Below, piece after piece: positions 9,617-19,142 of a DNA stretch of 64,000 nt. The DNA comes from an uncultured Thermoplasmatales archaeon (GTDB lineage Archaea; Thermoplasmatota; E2; DHVEG-1): assembly GCA_964347865.1 (NCBI GenBank), contig CAYGAC010000011.1, forward strand, positions 3,693 to 67,692. Direction: 5' to 3'. A model generated the notes under the pieces. It ran no database searches, was not told where the DNA came from, and saw nothing but the letters and a program-made list of their open reading frames with translations. A program made the position numbers and the translations under genes. Every line of letters begins with the position of its first letter. Position 1 is the first letter of the stretch.

Positions 9617-10447
9617 TTATAATATTCTTTTCAGATAAGGTTTGAATACACTTTTGCTAACTCGGAAATTATATCTTTTTTTCATTATATTTTCAAATCG
9701 TGTTTTACTTATAGGATGATGACTGATAACTTCACCATTATAAATAATACAAAAAGTTCCAAAAGCACAAGGAGATTGTTGAGCATCTTTTGAATATATT
9801 AAATCAATTAAATTTGCGTTAATATTCAATTTTTTAGCAGTTTTTAAAATCGCATCTACATTTTTTACTGAATATGGACATTGTGCTGAACGGATTATGG
9901 TTAATCCTTTCGCATATTTTTCTAATGACATTACCTTAAATTTTGGGTTGGCTACTTTTTGATCAAATTTTAATACTAATAATTCAAAGTCAGGTTTAGC
10001 TTCATCAACCTGGACGAATCCTTTTTTAAGGAAAATATCCTTTTTTGCCATAAAGGATCCTTTTCTTGTCACTACTGCAACGCCATGCATCTGCGCATTT
10101 TTCGCTTCCTTTATACATTCATCAATTAATGATGAAGCATAACCTTTCCCTTTGAATTCATTTTTAAATCCAACAAAAACACAATGAATAAACATATACC
10201 CTTCTGCATCAACAGGACGATGTGCATATGTTCCAGGAATATACTCAAGCATTCCTTGGTAACCACCCTTTTTTGAAAATAGCACTTTTATTCGTAATCC
10301 TTTAGGATAGTATTGTTTAAACCACTCTATTTTTCTTCGTAACTCCAGGTGTTTTTTTACATCTTTGTATCCACACACACCGTAATCTGCAATATTTTCT
10401 GGTGTAAGGTTAAAAATTTCTATATCATTTATAGGGTGTGATGTCAT
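9617..10447 (-). CDS. GNAT N-acetyltransferase with YoaP-like C-terminal domain
   Basis: GNAT core (FKGKGYASSLIDECIKEAK). C-terminus SAQCPYSVKN...SPCAFGTFCIIYNGEVISHHP matches the YoaP-like domain. Confidence 0.7.
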   Translation of the reverse strand: MTSHPINDIEIFNLTPENIADYGVCGYKDVKKHLELRRKIEWFKQYYPKGLRIKVLFSKKGGYQGMLEYIPGTYAHRPVDAEGYMFIHCVFVGFKNEFKGKGYASSLIDECIKEAKNAQMHGVAVVTRKGSFMAKKDIFLKKGFVQVDEAKPDFELLVLKFDQKVANPKFKVMSLEKYAKGLTIIRSAQCPYSVKNVDAILKTAKKLNINANLIDLIYSKDAQQSPCAFGTFCIIYNGEVISHHPISKTRFENIMKKRYNFRVSKSVFKPYLKRIL

Positions 10448-10575
10448 TATGGTACCTCTTAATTATCAATTTAACATAAATTAATGTTTATAGTTTTCTA
10501 ATTTTTATTTTATACAGAAGTAACTGTTACAAATATTTATATACCAAAGGCTCAATTAATAAAAGATGGGAGGAA

Positions 10576-11967
10576 ATGCCAGTTATTAAACATACAACTA
10601 GTACATGCCCAAAGTGCAAAACACTATTACCTTCTACAGTTATCGAAGATAAAACGAAGGTTTATTTAAATCGGTTTTGTAAAACTCACGGTGAAATAAA
10701 GACAGTAGTTTGGGGAAACGCAGAGCAATACATAAGATTTAATAAAATGGAAAATAAGGATTTTAACGATAAGAAAAATCTACTCTTTTTAGAAATTACT
10801 CGCAAATGCCCTCTGAATTGTCAAACGTGTTTTAACAAGTCAAATATGGATTCCCCTGTAAAGGATATGACGCTTTCTGAAATTTCAAATATTTTACAGA
10901 CTTATGTAAATATCTCAGAACGAGAACCTGTTGGTGTGATGTTATGCGGAGGTGAGCCAACATTACGGGATGATCTTCCTGATATAATCAAGATGGCTAG
11001 GAATGAAGGCATACAACAAATTTTTTTGAATACAAATGGTATTAGAATTGTACAAGATATAGATTTTTTTAAAAAAATCTGTGAGGCAGGATTAAATACT
11101 ATTTATCTTCAGTTCAATGACATAAATACCGATAAACAACTTCCATCTGGGGAAACAATTAAGAATTTTCAGAATAAAATCATCACAAATTTAAGATCAG
11201 TAAAAATTAATGGCACATTCCTTGTTCCTACTGTTGTAAAGGGAATAAATGATAATATTGTGTACGATATAGTCAAGTTTGGTCTTAATAGACGAGATAT
11301 TATCACAGGAATATCGTTTCATTGTGCTATGCATACCGGTGAGTGGTATGATAAATATAATCAGAATAGAATTACCCCTTATGAAATTATGAAAAAGATC
11401 GATATTGATAGCAATGGTGATATCTCTATAAACGATTTTTTTCCTTTTAATTACACCTATCCTTTATTTAAAATTCTAACATCTTTAACGGGATTAAACT
11501 TACCACGCTTCTTCTATTCATTTGAATGTGGAGTTTGCACAATTCTTCTAATTAAACCAGATGGTAGCTTTTTACCAATTTCCAGAATTTTAAATATTGA
11601 ATTATTAGAAAAAAAATTCCGTGAAATATATAATCATATTGCTCATGATAATATTAATAAACTATATTCAAAAGCCTATATAACCAAGGAGATTGTTAAA
11701 CTCCTCTTTGATAAAAAAGTGGTGAAGGGGGAAAAAGGAAAGATGATGTTCAGTACATTCCTTTCAGCCCTAAATATTAACAAAAATCGGACTAGAACGC
11801 GGTTTTTCATTATTTTAATCTCTCAATTCTTAGATTCCTATAACTTTGATATGGACTGCAATAAGCGTTGTACAGATGATATTTGTGTAATAAAAGACGG
11901 AAAAGCCTATAAATTTCCATTTTGCTATTATAATGTATTTAAAAGAGATGAATTTGAAAAAACCTAA
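10576..11967 (+). CDS. radical SAM enzyme with N-terminal zinc ribbon and Cys-rich C-terminus (MJ0619/Tes-like architecture, tentative)
   Basis: CPKC...(x18)...CKTHGE ribbon. CPLNCQTCF (CX3CX2C). GGEPTL. C-terminal CNKRCTDDICV...FPFCYYN. GGGAGG Shine-Dalgarno site upstream. Confidence 0.75.
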   Translation: MPVIKHTTSTCPKCKTLLPSTVIEDKTKVYLNRFCKTHGEIKTVVWGNAEQYIRFNKMENKDFNDKKNLLFLEITRKCPLNCQTCFNKSNMDSPVKDMTLSEISNILQTYVNISEREPVGVMLCGGEPTLRDDLPDIIKMARNEGIQQIFLNTNGIRIVQDIDFFKKICEAGLNTIYLQFNDINTDKQLPSGETIKNFQNKIITNLRSVKINGTFLVPTVVKGINDNIVYDIVKFGLNRRDIITGISFHCAMHTGEWYDKYNQNRITPYEIMKKIDIDSNGDISINDFFPFNYTYPLFKILTSLTGLNLPRFFYSFECGVCTILLIKPDGSFLPISRILNIELLEKKFREIYNHIAHDNINKLYSKAYITKEIVKLLFDKKVVKGEKGKMMFSTFLSALNINKNRTRTRFFIILISQFLDSYNFDMDCNKRCTDDICVIKDGKAYKFPFCYYNVFKRDEFEKT

Positions 11968-12658
11968 AAAAAGTATAAGTAGAGATATAAAAAATACTAC
12001 TTCAAATAAGAATACTTCCTCGCCAGAATATGACAATATTTCAAGATATTATGATCTTCTTTTTAACTTAATTTCTTTAGGAAAAATTCCAAGAGTAAAG
12101 AAATGGATTCTAAAAAAAATTAATGCTGGTGATAGTGTATTGGAGATAGGTTGTGGGAGTGGTTGGTTAACTTGTCAATGTGCGATGAAAGGAGCATCAG
12201 TAGTTACTATTGATACATCGGATAAAATGCTTGATTTAGCTAAAAAAAGAGCAAAGAAAAAATCGGTATACAAAAATATTCAGTTTATAAAAATGGATTT
12301 TTTGAACCAATTTAATCCAAAGATAATAAAAACGACATTTGATAAGATTATTTTCTGTTTTTTTCTTGATATATTCCCTCATGATTCAATGGTTTATCAG
12401 TTGATTAAAAATGCACAGTATTTGTTGAAGGAAAATGGACAGCTCATCATTGCAGATGAACTGCAAATTGAAAATCCAGTTGCAAAGAAAGTGATTACAT
12501 ACATTCGATTTCCTGTTTTCAAATTTCTTGAATTATCAACAAATACCATCTATCCCAAAATGCATGATTATATCAAATTATTAAGAAAATCTGGATTTGA
12601 AGAGATTGATATTAAAAAATCACTTTTTGGATATCTTGGGGTATTAACTGCTAATTAA
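11948..12658 (+). CDS. class I SAM-dependent methyltransferase
   Basis: VLEIGCGSGWLT motif I. The start (11933 or 11948) overlaps the 3' end of the radical SAM gene, suggesting co-translation. Confidence 0.8.
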   Translation: MNLKKPKKSISRDIKNTTSNKNTSSPEYDNISRYYDLLFNLISLGKIPRVKKWILKKINAGDSVLEIGCGSGWLTCQCAMKGASVVTIDTSDKMLDLAKKRAKKKSVYKNIQFIKMDFLNQFNPKIIKTTFDKIIFCFFLDIFPHDSMVYQLIKNAQYLLKENGQLIIADELQIENPVAKKVITYIRFPVFKFLELSTNTIYPKMHDYIKLLRKSGFEEIDIKKSLFGYLGVLTAN

Positions 12659-12732
12659 AAATGAATTTTAACAATTCTATTACGAAAATTTATATAGCAT
12701 AACGTCCATGAGAATGTGTTGGGAGGTAAAAT

Positions 12733-14055
12733 ATGAAAAAGAAACTAATTGCCATTATTGTAATGCTTTTATTAGTTGGAATGAGTATTATTTCATCTGC
12801 GAGTAACTTGGTAGAAAGATCAATTGTTAAACCTCTGTATACGCCGCATGATCCAATTTATATAATTGGAAACGATGATTTTACCAGTGAAAATGGTGTT
12901 ACGGGCGGCTCGGGTACATCTTCCAATCCCTATATTATTGAAGGCTGGGAAATAGATGCCTCTTCTCAAGATGGAATCACCATTAGAAACGTGAGTGTAT
13001 GTTTTACCATAAGCAACTGCTATATTTATGATGGTGGGATAAATAACGATGGTATTGTATTTATCAATGTGACAAACGGTAAGATTCAAGGGACCATTAT
13101 AACTGAGAACCGTAATGGTATAATGTTTAGGACTCAATATCCTGGGAAAGAAAATAGTGAGAATAATAGTATCAATAATAATATTATAACTAACAACCAA
13201 ATGGATGGTATACTTTTCGAACATACGGGGTGGGGACATCATAGCAATAATCTAATTTATCATAACAATATCACAGGAAATACCCAAGGAATCTATATGA
13301 TTATGTCTGCTTATAATTACATATTTTTCAATAACATCATATCAAATAGCGAATGGGGTATCAATTTATCCATGTGTATTGGAGGAGGAACCAATAATAA
13401 GGTATATCATAATAATTTCATGAACAATGGAAATGAAGACGGACAAGCCTGTGTAGTGGGAGGAACACTTGATAATGATTGGGACGATGGATACCCTTCT
13501 GGTGGAAACTTCTGGTCAGATTACGAGGGTGTGGACAATTTTTCAGGTCCAAATCAAAATATACCAGGAAGTGACGGTATAGGGGACACACCATATAATA
13601 TTACTTCAGTTTATTATTGGGAAGATGATTATGATTATTATCCTTTGATGGAACCATGGAACTTAACAAATAATCCACCAGATGCACCAGTTATTGATGG
13701 TCCAGTAAATGGTAGAATCTGGATTTGGTATAATTATAACTTCTCATTATCTGATCCTGATAATGATTCTATAAGTTTACGTGTTGATTGGGGAATTGGA
13801 GGTCCTGGAAAATTACATGGACCATTTTCTTCAGGGTCAATAGTAACTCTAAATTATTCTTGGCGGAAAAAAGATAGCTATACTATTAGAGCACAAGCTA
13901 TTGATACATATGGTGCCGAAAGCGACTGGGGCACATTAGAAGTTACTATGCCGAAAACAAAACCATCAATCTTCAATTTTCCTATTCTTAATCAGATATT
14001 TGAACGATTCCCAAATATATTTCCGATACTGAGATACCTTTTAGCAGTAGTGTAG
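12733..14055 (+). CDS. secreted beta-helix (NosD-like) protein with PKD-like module and conserved C-terminal tail
   Basis: Signal peptide. N-rich PbH1-type repeats. DWGIGG...IRAQAIDTYGAESDWGTLEVTMPKTKP. Tail FERFPNIFPILRYLL. GGGAGG Shine-Dalgarno site. Confidence 0.8.
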   Translation: MKKKLIAIIVMLLLVGMSIISSASNLVERSIVKPLYTPHDPIYIIGNDDFTSENGVTGGSGTSSNPYIIEGWEIDASSQDGITIRNVSVCFTISNCYIYDGGINNDGIVFINVTNGKIQGTIITENRNGIMFRTQYPGKENSENNSINNNIITNNQMDGILFEHTGWGHHSNNLIYHNNITGNTQGIYMIMSAYNYIFFNNIISNSEWGINLSMCIGGGTNNKVYHNNFMNNGNEDGQACVVGGTLDNDWDDGYPSGGNFWSDYEGVDNFSGPNQNIPGSDGIGDTPYNITSVYYWEDDYDYYPLMEPWNLTNNPPDAPVIDGPVNGRIWIWYNYNFSLSDPDNDSISLRVDWGIGGPGKLHGPFSSGSIVTLNYSWRKKDSYTIRAQAIDTYGAESDWGTLEVTMPKTKPSIFNFPILNQIFERFPNIFPILRYLLAVV

Positions 14056-14122
14056 AATGGAAAATCACCATATTAGATGAAAAAACCTTTTTGAAATCAG
14101 ATTTTTAGGGTTCAAATCCATA

Positions 14123-14150
14123 AATCATTTTTAAGAAAAATGATTTTTTT
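14123..14150 (+). terminator. hairpin plus oligo-T terminator candidate
   Basis: AATCATTTTT (14123-14132), loop AAG, AAAAATGATT (14136-14145), then TTTTT. Lies downstream of the 12733-14055 gene. Confidence 0.5.
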
Positions 14151-14161
14151 ACAGAAAAAAA

Positions 14162-14201
14162 GATTTGCCGCCGAAGGGCTTTATACTAAAGGTATAGGTT
14201 A
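14162..14201 (-). repeat. tRNA-Thr 3'-end-like fragment plus hairpin (copy A)
   Basis: GCCGCCGAAGGG (14167-14178) is identical to 24911-24922, the acceptor 3' strand plus T-stem of tRNA-Thr, in the same orientation. It is followed by TATAC-TAAAG-GTATA-GGTTA, which copy B shares. Confidence 0.6.
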
Positions 14202-14229
14202 ATATCATAAAATGATACGTCAGACAAGA

Positions 14230-14260
14230 CAAGATTTGAACACGGTTTTACCGAAAAAAA
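14230..14260. repeat. about 31-nt dispersed repeat (T-loop-like core plus TTTTACCG)
   Basis: CAAGATTTGAACACGGTTTTACCG matches the reverse complement of 17361-17391 at 23 of 24 core positions. It also resembles 15069-15098. Confidence 0.6.
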
Positions 14261-14342
14261 CAAATGGTTTTTCCTGTTGGTTAAAAACTAATGGTTTTAT
14301 TAATCATTGATTGTTTTCTATATGTTAAAAAAGGAGGTATCT

Positions 14343-14465
14343 ATGATGACTGATAAAAATGACAGTAAATATGGTTGGGGCTCACCTTTTGGACTTGGAA
14401 TTTTCTTTGCAGGTGTAGGCATATTACTATATGGATTAAGTGTTTTTCTCGGTTTATTTATTTGA
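14343..14465 (+). CDS. 40-aa membrane peptide
   Basis: AAGGAGGT Shine-Dalgarno site 4 nt upstream of the ATG. MMTDKNDSKYGWGSPFGLGIFFAGVGILLYGLSVFLGLFI has one TM segment. Too short for the ORF track. Confidence 0.45.
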   Translation: MMTDKNDSKYGWGSPFGLGIFFAGVGILLYGLSVFLGLFI

Positions 14466-14470
14466 GATTT

Positions 14471-14899
14471 TTAACCACTTTTAGAATTTAAATCTGGAGT
14501 GGGCCACTTCCATGCAGTCCAGACAATTAGTATGATAAACACTGCTTCAAAAATCATGTATAATGCATAATAAGCCCAAATACCCCCACCTACAAATAAT
14601 GTACTGACCAAAACAATAATATGGAATATACCTACTATGATATTTACTAAGCGATTTACTTTCGCCTTCAATGTCAGAGATAAAACAATCATAATACTAG
14701 GTAATGCCATTAACAGTGCAGCCCCAAACAATACTTCCTGAGTAAATACGATACCTTCTAGAGATCCCCCTACTAATTCCTCGACAGTTCCTGGTTTAAA
14801 CATTGATAAAAGATCGTTATATATATAGAAAAACATCAACGCTACCCACAATAATGCAAGCTTTACCTTCACATTTACTTTCACATCTTCTAAAACCAT
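14471..14899 (-). CDS. small 4-TM membrane protein (DUF6326-like, tentative)
   Basis: 142 aa with four hydrophobic segments. Confidence 0.55.
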   Translation of the reverse strand: MVLEDVKVNVKVKLALLWVALMFFYIYNDLLSMFKPGTVEELVGGSLEGIVFTQEVLFGAALLMALPSIMIVLSLTLKAKVNRLVNIIVGIFHIIVLVSTLFVGGGIWAYYALYMIFEAVFIILIVWTAWKWPTPDLNSKSG

Positions 14900-15060
14900 T
14901 CTTATCTCTCCTTAAATTTAAAAAATGTAATAATTAGCTGCTAATAAAGATGCTCTTATCTCAAAAAATTTAGTGTTAAAATGAAGTGAAAAATATACGT
15001 GCTCTCATCGAGAATATATGTTTATTCCATAGTTTCCCACTTAAATTTTATGATAAATGC

Positions 15061-15098
15061 AGGGGAAGGGATTTGAATACACTTTTACTGGTAAAAAG
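15061..15098 (-). repeat. tRNA 3'-half-like fragment fused to the dispersed repeat
   Basis: GGGGAAGGGATTTGAATACAC resembles CCGAAGGGATTCGAACCCCT of tRNA-Thr. It is followed by the near-palindrome CTTTTACTGGTAAAAAG. Confidence 0.5.
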
Positions 15099-15384
15099 AG
15101 GATGAAATCCCTTTTTAAAAAGAACCATTATTAATTTGGTAACACCTTTTTTATCCCCTACCAAACATTTAAGTTAAATTAGTAGATGACAATTTCGATT
15201 TAACTTTTCGGGAGGTGGAAAAATGGAAAGAGGAATTTTTTTTAGTTTTATTTGATAATTTATTGTTTAAAATCAGGTTTTTGAACAAATAATAAAATTT
15301 ATGTGAATTGTTTATCTTTATGTTCAAATAACTAGAAAATAGTTATTTAATTCTTTTCAACTTTTTAGTTACATAGGATAAGAG

Positions 15385-17352
15385 ATGATAAATATGGTAA
15401 AATTAAAAAATAGAGTTTTTAAAGCAGGTGTTATTATATGTATCGTTCTCGTTGTTTTTGTATCATATGCGCAAACAATATATTCTGAAAATTTGTATGT
15501 TTTTACAAATGTTGAAGAGAAGGAGAATTTTTTAGGAGAACCGCCTGAAGCGGATTGGAATGAAACATTCGGAGGATCAAATTTTGATGAAGGTCGTTCT
15601 GTGCAGCAAACCGCTGATGGTGGATACATCATAACAGGGTATACAACGTCATTTGGTGCTGGTGGTTATGATATTTGGTTGATAAAGACGGATTCCAATG
15701 GTGTTGAGGAGTGGAACCAGACATTTGGAGGGGAAAATGACGATAAAGGTTATTCTGTTCAGCAGACCACTGATGGAGGGTACATTATAACAGGGTTCAC
15801 ACATTCGTTTGGCGCCGGGGGCTATGATATTTGGCTGATAAAGACCGATTCCAATGGCAGCAACGAGTGGAATGAAACATTCGGAGGATCAAATTTTGAT
15901 GAAGGTTATTCTGTTCAGCAGACCACTGATGGAGGGTACATTATAACAGGGCGCACATCTTCATATGGCGCTGGGGGTCATGATCTCTGGCTGATAAAGA
16001 CGGATTCCAATGGTAGTGAGGAGTGGAACCAGACATTCGGAGGACAACTGTATGATTATGGCTATTCTGTTCAGCAGACCACCGACGGAGGATACATAAT
16101 AGCAGGATTTTCTGGCGGTGGCCACTTTGATGTTTGGCTGATAAAAACCAATCACTTTGGCTTCAAAGAGTGGGATAAAATATTTGGAGGAATAGCTTCT
16201 GATGGTGGCTATTCTGTTCAGCAGACCACCGACGGAGGATATATCGTTATAGGAATCACATCTTCCTATGGTGCCGGGGGGAGTGATGCGTGGCTGATTA
16301 AAACAGACTCCAATGGCAGCAAAGAGTGGGATGAATTTTTTGGAGGAACAGATCTAGATATTGGGTTTTCTGTTCAGCAGACTGGCGATGGGGGATATTT
16401 TATTACAGGTTACAATCTTACGTATGCCACTGGGAATTATGATGCTTGGGTGATTAAAACAGACTTAAATGGCAGCAAAGAGTGGGATGAAACATTCGGA
16501 GATACAGATATAGACGCTGGTAATTGTGGTCAACAGACCTCTGATGGAGGATATATCGTAGCAGGGCGCACAGGATCATATAGTACGGGGGATCATGATG
16601 TTTGGTTAATTAGAATAGAGACTGAGAATAGCCCCCCGTATGAACCAAGTGAACCAATTCCAGAAAATACCTCTATAAATGTTACTATTGATACTAATAT
16701 CAGTTGGACTGGGGGAGATCCAGATGAAGATACAGTAACCTATGACATATATTGCGGTACAACAAATCCACCATCAAAGATCGCAAGCAACCATACCGAA
16801 CCTACATTTGAATTAGATGTACTGGATTATAATACAACATATTATTGGCAGATTGTTGCATGGGACTATTATGTACCGTGTACAAAAGGGCCAATCTGGA
16901 GTTTTACTACAGAAAATACTCCCTTGCCCGATTTAGAATGTGAAGGATCACTCAGTTGGACTGATGTACAATCGGGTGATACAATCACTGGTAGTTTCAC
17001 TGTGGAAAATGTAGGAGATAATGGTACGTTTCTTAACTGGGGGATAGTAAAAAGACCAAGTTGGGGGGAATGGTCATTTGATCCAGATAATGGAGATGAT
17101 CTTGAAACTGGAGTTATACAAACAGTTATGGTAACAGTTATAGCACCAAGTAAAAAAAATGAAGAATTTATTGGTGAAGTAATGATAATTAATGTGGATA
17201 AACCTAGCGATTCCTGTACGATAGATGTATATCTCACCACACCAAAAAACAAACCATTTTATTTCAACTTTCATTTTCTTAGTTGGTTGTTTGAACGATG
17301 TCCAAATGCTTTTCCAATACTCAGATCTATAATCTTATTATTAAACAATTAA
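15385..17352 (+). CDS. secreted 7-bladed beta-propeller repeat protein with Fn3/PKD-like domains and conserved C-terminal tail
   Basis: Signal anchor. Seven repeats of 49-52 aa (W[ND]xTFGG...SVQQTxDGGYIIxG...D.WLIKTDxNG). Tail TTPKNKPFYFNF...FERCPNAFPILR. Confidence 0.85.
   Translation: MINMVKLKNRVFKAGVIICIVLVVFVSYAQTIYSENLYVFTNVEEKENFLGEPPEADWNETFGGSNFDEGRSVQQTADGGYIITGYTTSFGAGGYDIWLIKTDSNGVEEWNQTFGGENDDKGYSVQQTTDGGYIITGFTHSFGAGGYDIWLIKTDSNGSNEWNETFGGSNFDEGYSVQQTTDGGYIITGRTSSYGAGGHDLWLIKTDSNGSEEWNQTFGGQLYDYGYSVQQTTDGGYIIAGFSGGGHFDVWLIKTNHFGFKEWDKIFGGIASDGGYSVQQTTDGGYIVIGITSSYGAGGSDAWLIKTDSNGSKEWDEFFGGTDLDIGFSVQQTGDGGYFITGYNLTYATGNYDAWVIKTDLNGSKEWDETFGDTDIDAGNCGQQTSDGGYIVAGRTGSYSTGDHDVWLIRIETENSPPYEPSEPIPENTSINVTIDTNISWTGGDPDEDTVTYDIYCGTTNPPSKIASNHTEPTFELDVLDYNTTYYWQIVAWDYYVPCTKGPIWSFTTENTPLPDLECEGSLSWTDVQSGDTITGSFTVENVGDNGTFLNWGIVKRPSWGEWSFDPDNGDDLETGVIQTVMVTVIAPSKKNEEFIGEVMIINVDKPSDSCTIDVYLTTPKNKPFYFNFHFLSWLFERCPNAFPILRSIILLLNN
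15556..16629 (+). repeat. in-frame tandem repeats of about 147-156 nt (x7) inside the CDS
   Basis: Exact DNA identity runs between units. A 39-nt run (tggaatgaaacattcggaggatcaaattttgatgaaggt) is shared by units 1 and 3. A 48-nt run (ggttattctgttcagcagaccactgatggagggtacattataacaggg) is shared by units 2 and 3. Confidence 0.9.
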
Positions 17353-17360
17353 GAAAGTAT

Positions 17361-17391
17361 TTTTTACCGGTAAAACCGTGTTTAAATCTTG
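17361..17391. repeat. dispersed repeat copy (inverted relative to 14230-14260) with a perfect palindrome; possible bidirectional terminator
   Basis: TTTTACCGGTAAAA is a perfect 14-nt palindrome, followed by CCGTGTTTAAATCTTG. It sits between convergent genes. Confidence 0.6.
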
Positions 17392-17426
17392 CTTCAGAAT
17401 GACTCATATTCCATAAGTTAAAAATT

Positions 17427-18056
17427 TTATTTTTTTATTCCTTTTACAACCATCCCTTTTGGCACAACATATCCTTTTATCGGAATCCAAAATGCTTTGT
17501 AATAATCTATTACTATATCATTGAACCCAGCCTTTTTTAACAAAATTTTCATTTCTTCTCCACTATATAACTTTAAGCTCATTTTTTTAATATACCTCTT
17601 ATGATCCACTCCATCATCCTTATTAAAAGCCATCTCTATAATTAATCTTCCCCCAGGTTTCAATATTCTAAATATCTCTTTAAGTGTTTTTTCTGTTTCA
17701 TCTAAGAAAAAAAATACCTCAATTGCTGCAACAACGGTAAATTCATTATCAGCCCATGGTAATGACGAGGCATTACCTAGCTTAAATTCAGCTTTTCCTG
17801 ATTCAACAAGCTTTCTATTAATATCAGATGATAATTTAACCATATCCTCTGAATAATCTATACCAGCAATTTTTGAAACATGAGACATATATTTTTTTAT
17901 AAAAATCCCTGACCCAAATCCAATTTCAAGGTATTTATCATCCTTTTTTGGATTAATTGCCTTTAAGGCATTTTTATAGAATTCTTTATGACCACGAGCC
18001 ATACCTTTTGCTAGTATTTTTCCAAAAAAACCTGTGGGTTTTGCAAATTGTGACAT
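17427..18056 (-). CDS. class I SAM-dependent methyltransferase
   Basis: YLEIGFGSGIF motif I and LKPGGRLIIE motif. Confidence 0.8.
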   Translation of the reverse strand: MSQFAKPTGFFGKILAKGMARGHKEFYKNALKAINPKKDDKYLEIGFGSGIFIKKYMSHVSKIAGIDYSEDMVKLSSDINRKLVESGKAEFKLGNASSLPWADNEFTVVAAIEVFFFLDETEKTLKEIFRILKPGGRLIIEMAFNKDDGVDHKRYIKKMSLKLYSGEEMKILLKKAGFNDIVIDYYKAFWIPIKGYVVPKGMVVKGIKK

Positions 18057-18140
18057 TTTTAAATTTCCTTATAAAATGACTATAAATAACCAATATATTT
18101 TTATTTTTTCTTAAACCTAGAAAAAAGAAAAAAGAGTCAA

Positions 18141-18179
18141 GATTGTTGTCTAAGGACCCTATACTAAAGGTATAGGTTA
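18141..18179 (-). repeat. degenerate copy B of the tRNA-end-like fragment plus hairpin
   Basis: GATTGTTGTCTAAGGACCCTATACTAAAGGTATAGGTTA aligns with copy A (14162-14201). The 7-bp stem is CCTATAC/GTATAGG. Confidence 0.55.
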
Positions 18180-18284
18180 TTACCTAAATATTACTCCTAC
18201 GATTTTCTAGATATGAGCGCCTAAGAAACGTCATATTAATAGGTTTTCTATCTATTGAATACGTTGAATTTAAATTACAAAATA

Positions 18285-19142
18285 TTATTTGATGGATTCA
18301 CCTAAATTATATAATAAGTGAACTTCCTTGGTACTCAGAGGTCGATCATAGATTCTCACATCATCAATAATACCGTCAAAATATAAGACTTCTTTATTCC
18401 AAAATCCTTTCCCAAGAAATAATGATTCGTGCATTGCAGCATCTTGGAAAAATTCCGCTTTAAAAACATTTCCAAAATTATAGCGTCGATTAATTATTTC
18501 TTTTCCATTGAGATAACCTGTGTTATATCCAATATTTTTACAATAGCCAACAACTCCTACAAAATGATACCATATTCCTTCATGTAAATGCTTATTAGAA
18601 TCAAAACATAAAGTTGGATGTAATTCACAGCCATTCGAAAAAAAAGTAAAATATAGTCTTTTAGATTGATTATGTAACGGGTCATGACCAAGCTCGATTA
18701 CTAATCCACCATTTGCATTATTAATAACATTACATGGATCTTTTGAGCCATATTGAAATAATGGTGCAACCGCATTATTAATTGGTATATAATCACTTTT
18801 AAACCAAAATGAAATTGAACCTTGTTCCATGTTTTTAAAATGATCTGGTGGAGTTGATTCATTATCTGGAATCTGTACAAAATCGTCTATGCCATCAAAA
18901 TCAAGGGCACCATTAATCACCCCTTTTGTTCTTGTAGCTCCATAAACAGTTCCATTATTACTATAATTTGAAAAATCCTTTACAATATTTCCACTTTCTT
19001 CATCAAATGCCCAATGAGCAACTAAACCTTTTGTTATTTCAGGCTCTCCAGAATTTATATCATTTAAACATCCTGAAATCATCAATGCGGTAATCAACAT
19101 TAATGATGCTAATATAAACAATAAATTCTTATTGGTTTTCAA
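18285..19142 (-). CDS. LamG/concanavalin-A-like lectin-fold lipoprotein
   Basis: The signal ends in ISGC. LVAHWAFDEESGN...NGALDFDGIDDFVQIP...DDVRIYDRPLS is typical of Laminin_G_3. Confidence 0.75.
   Translation of the reverse strand: MKTNKNLLFILASLMLITALMISGCLNDINSGEPEITKGLVAHWAFDEESGNIVKDFSNYSNNGTVYGATRTKGVINGALDFDGIDDFVQIPDNESTPPDHFKNMEQGSISFWFKSDYIPINNAVAPLFQYGSKDPCNVINNANGGLVIELGHDPLHNQSKRLYFTFFSNGCELHPTLCFDSNKHLHEGIWYHFVGVVGYCKNIGYNTGYLNGKEIINRRYNFGNVFKAEFFQDAAMHESLFLGKGFWNKEVLYFDGIIDDVRIYDRPLSTKEVHLLYNLGESIK

Noticed and set aside
15556-16629. Regular ~150-nt repeats as a possible CRISPR or satellite array
   Set aside because: The units are contiguous with no spacers, in frame, and encode beta-propeller blades. 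No CRISPR-like repeat-spacer structure occurs anywhere in the window.
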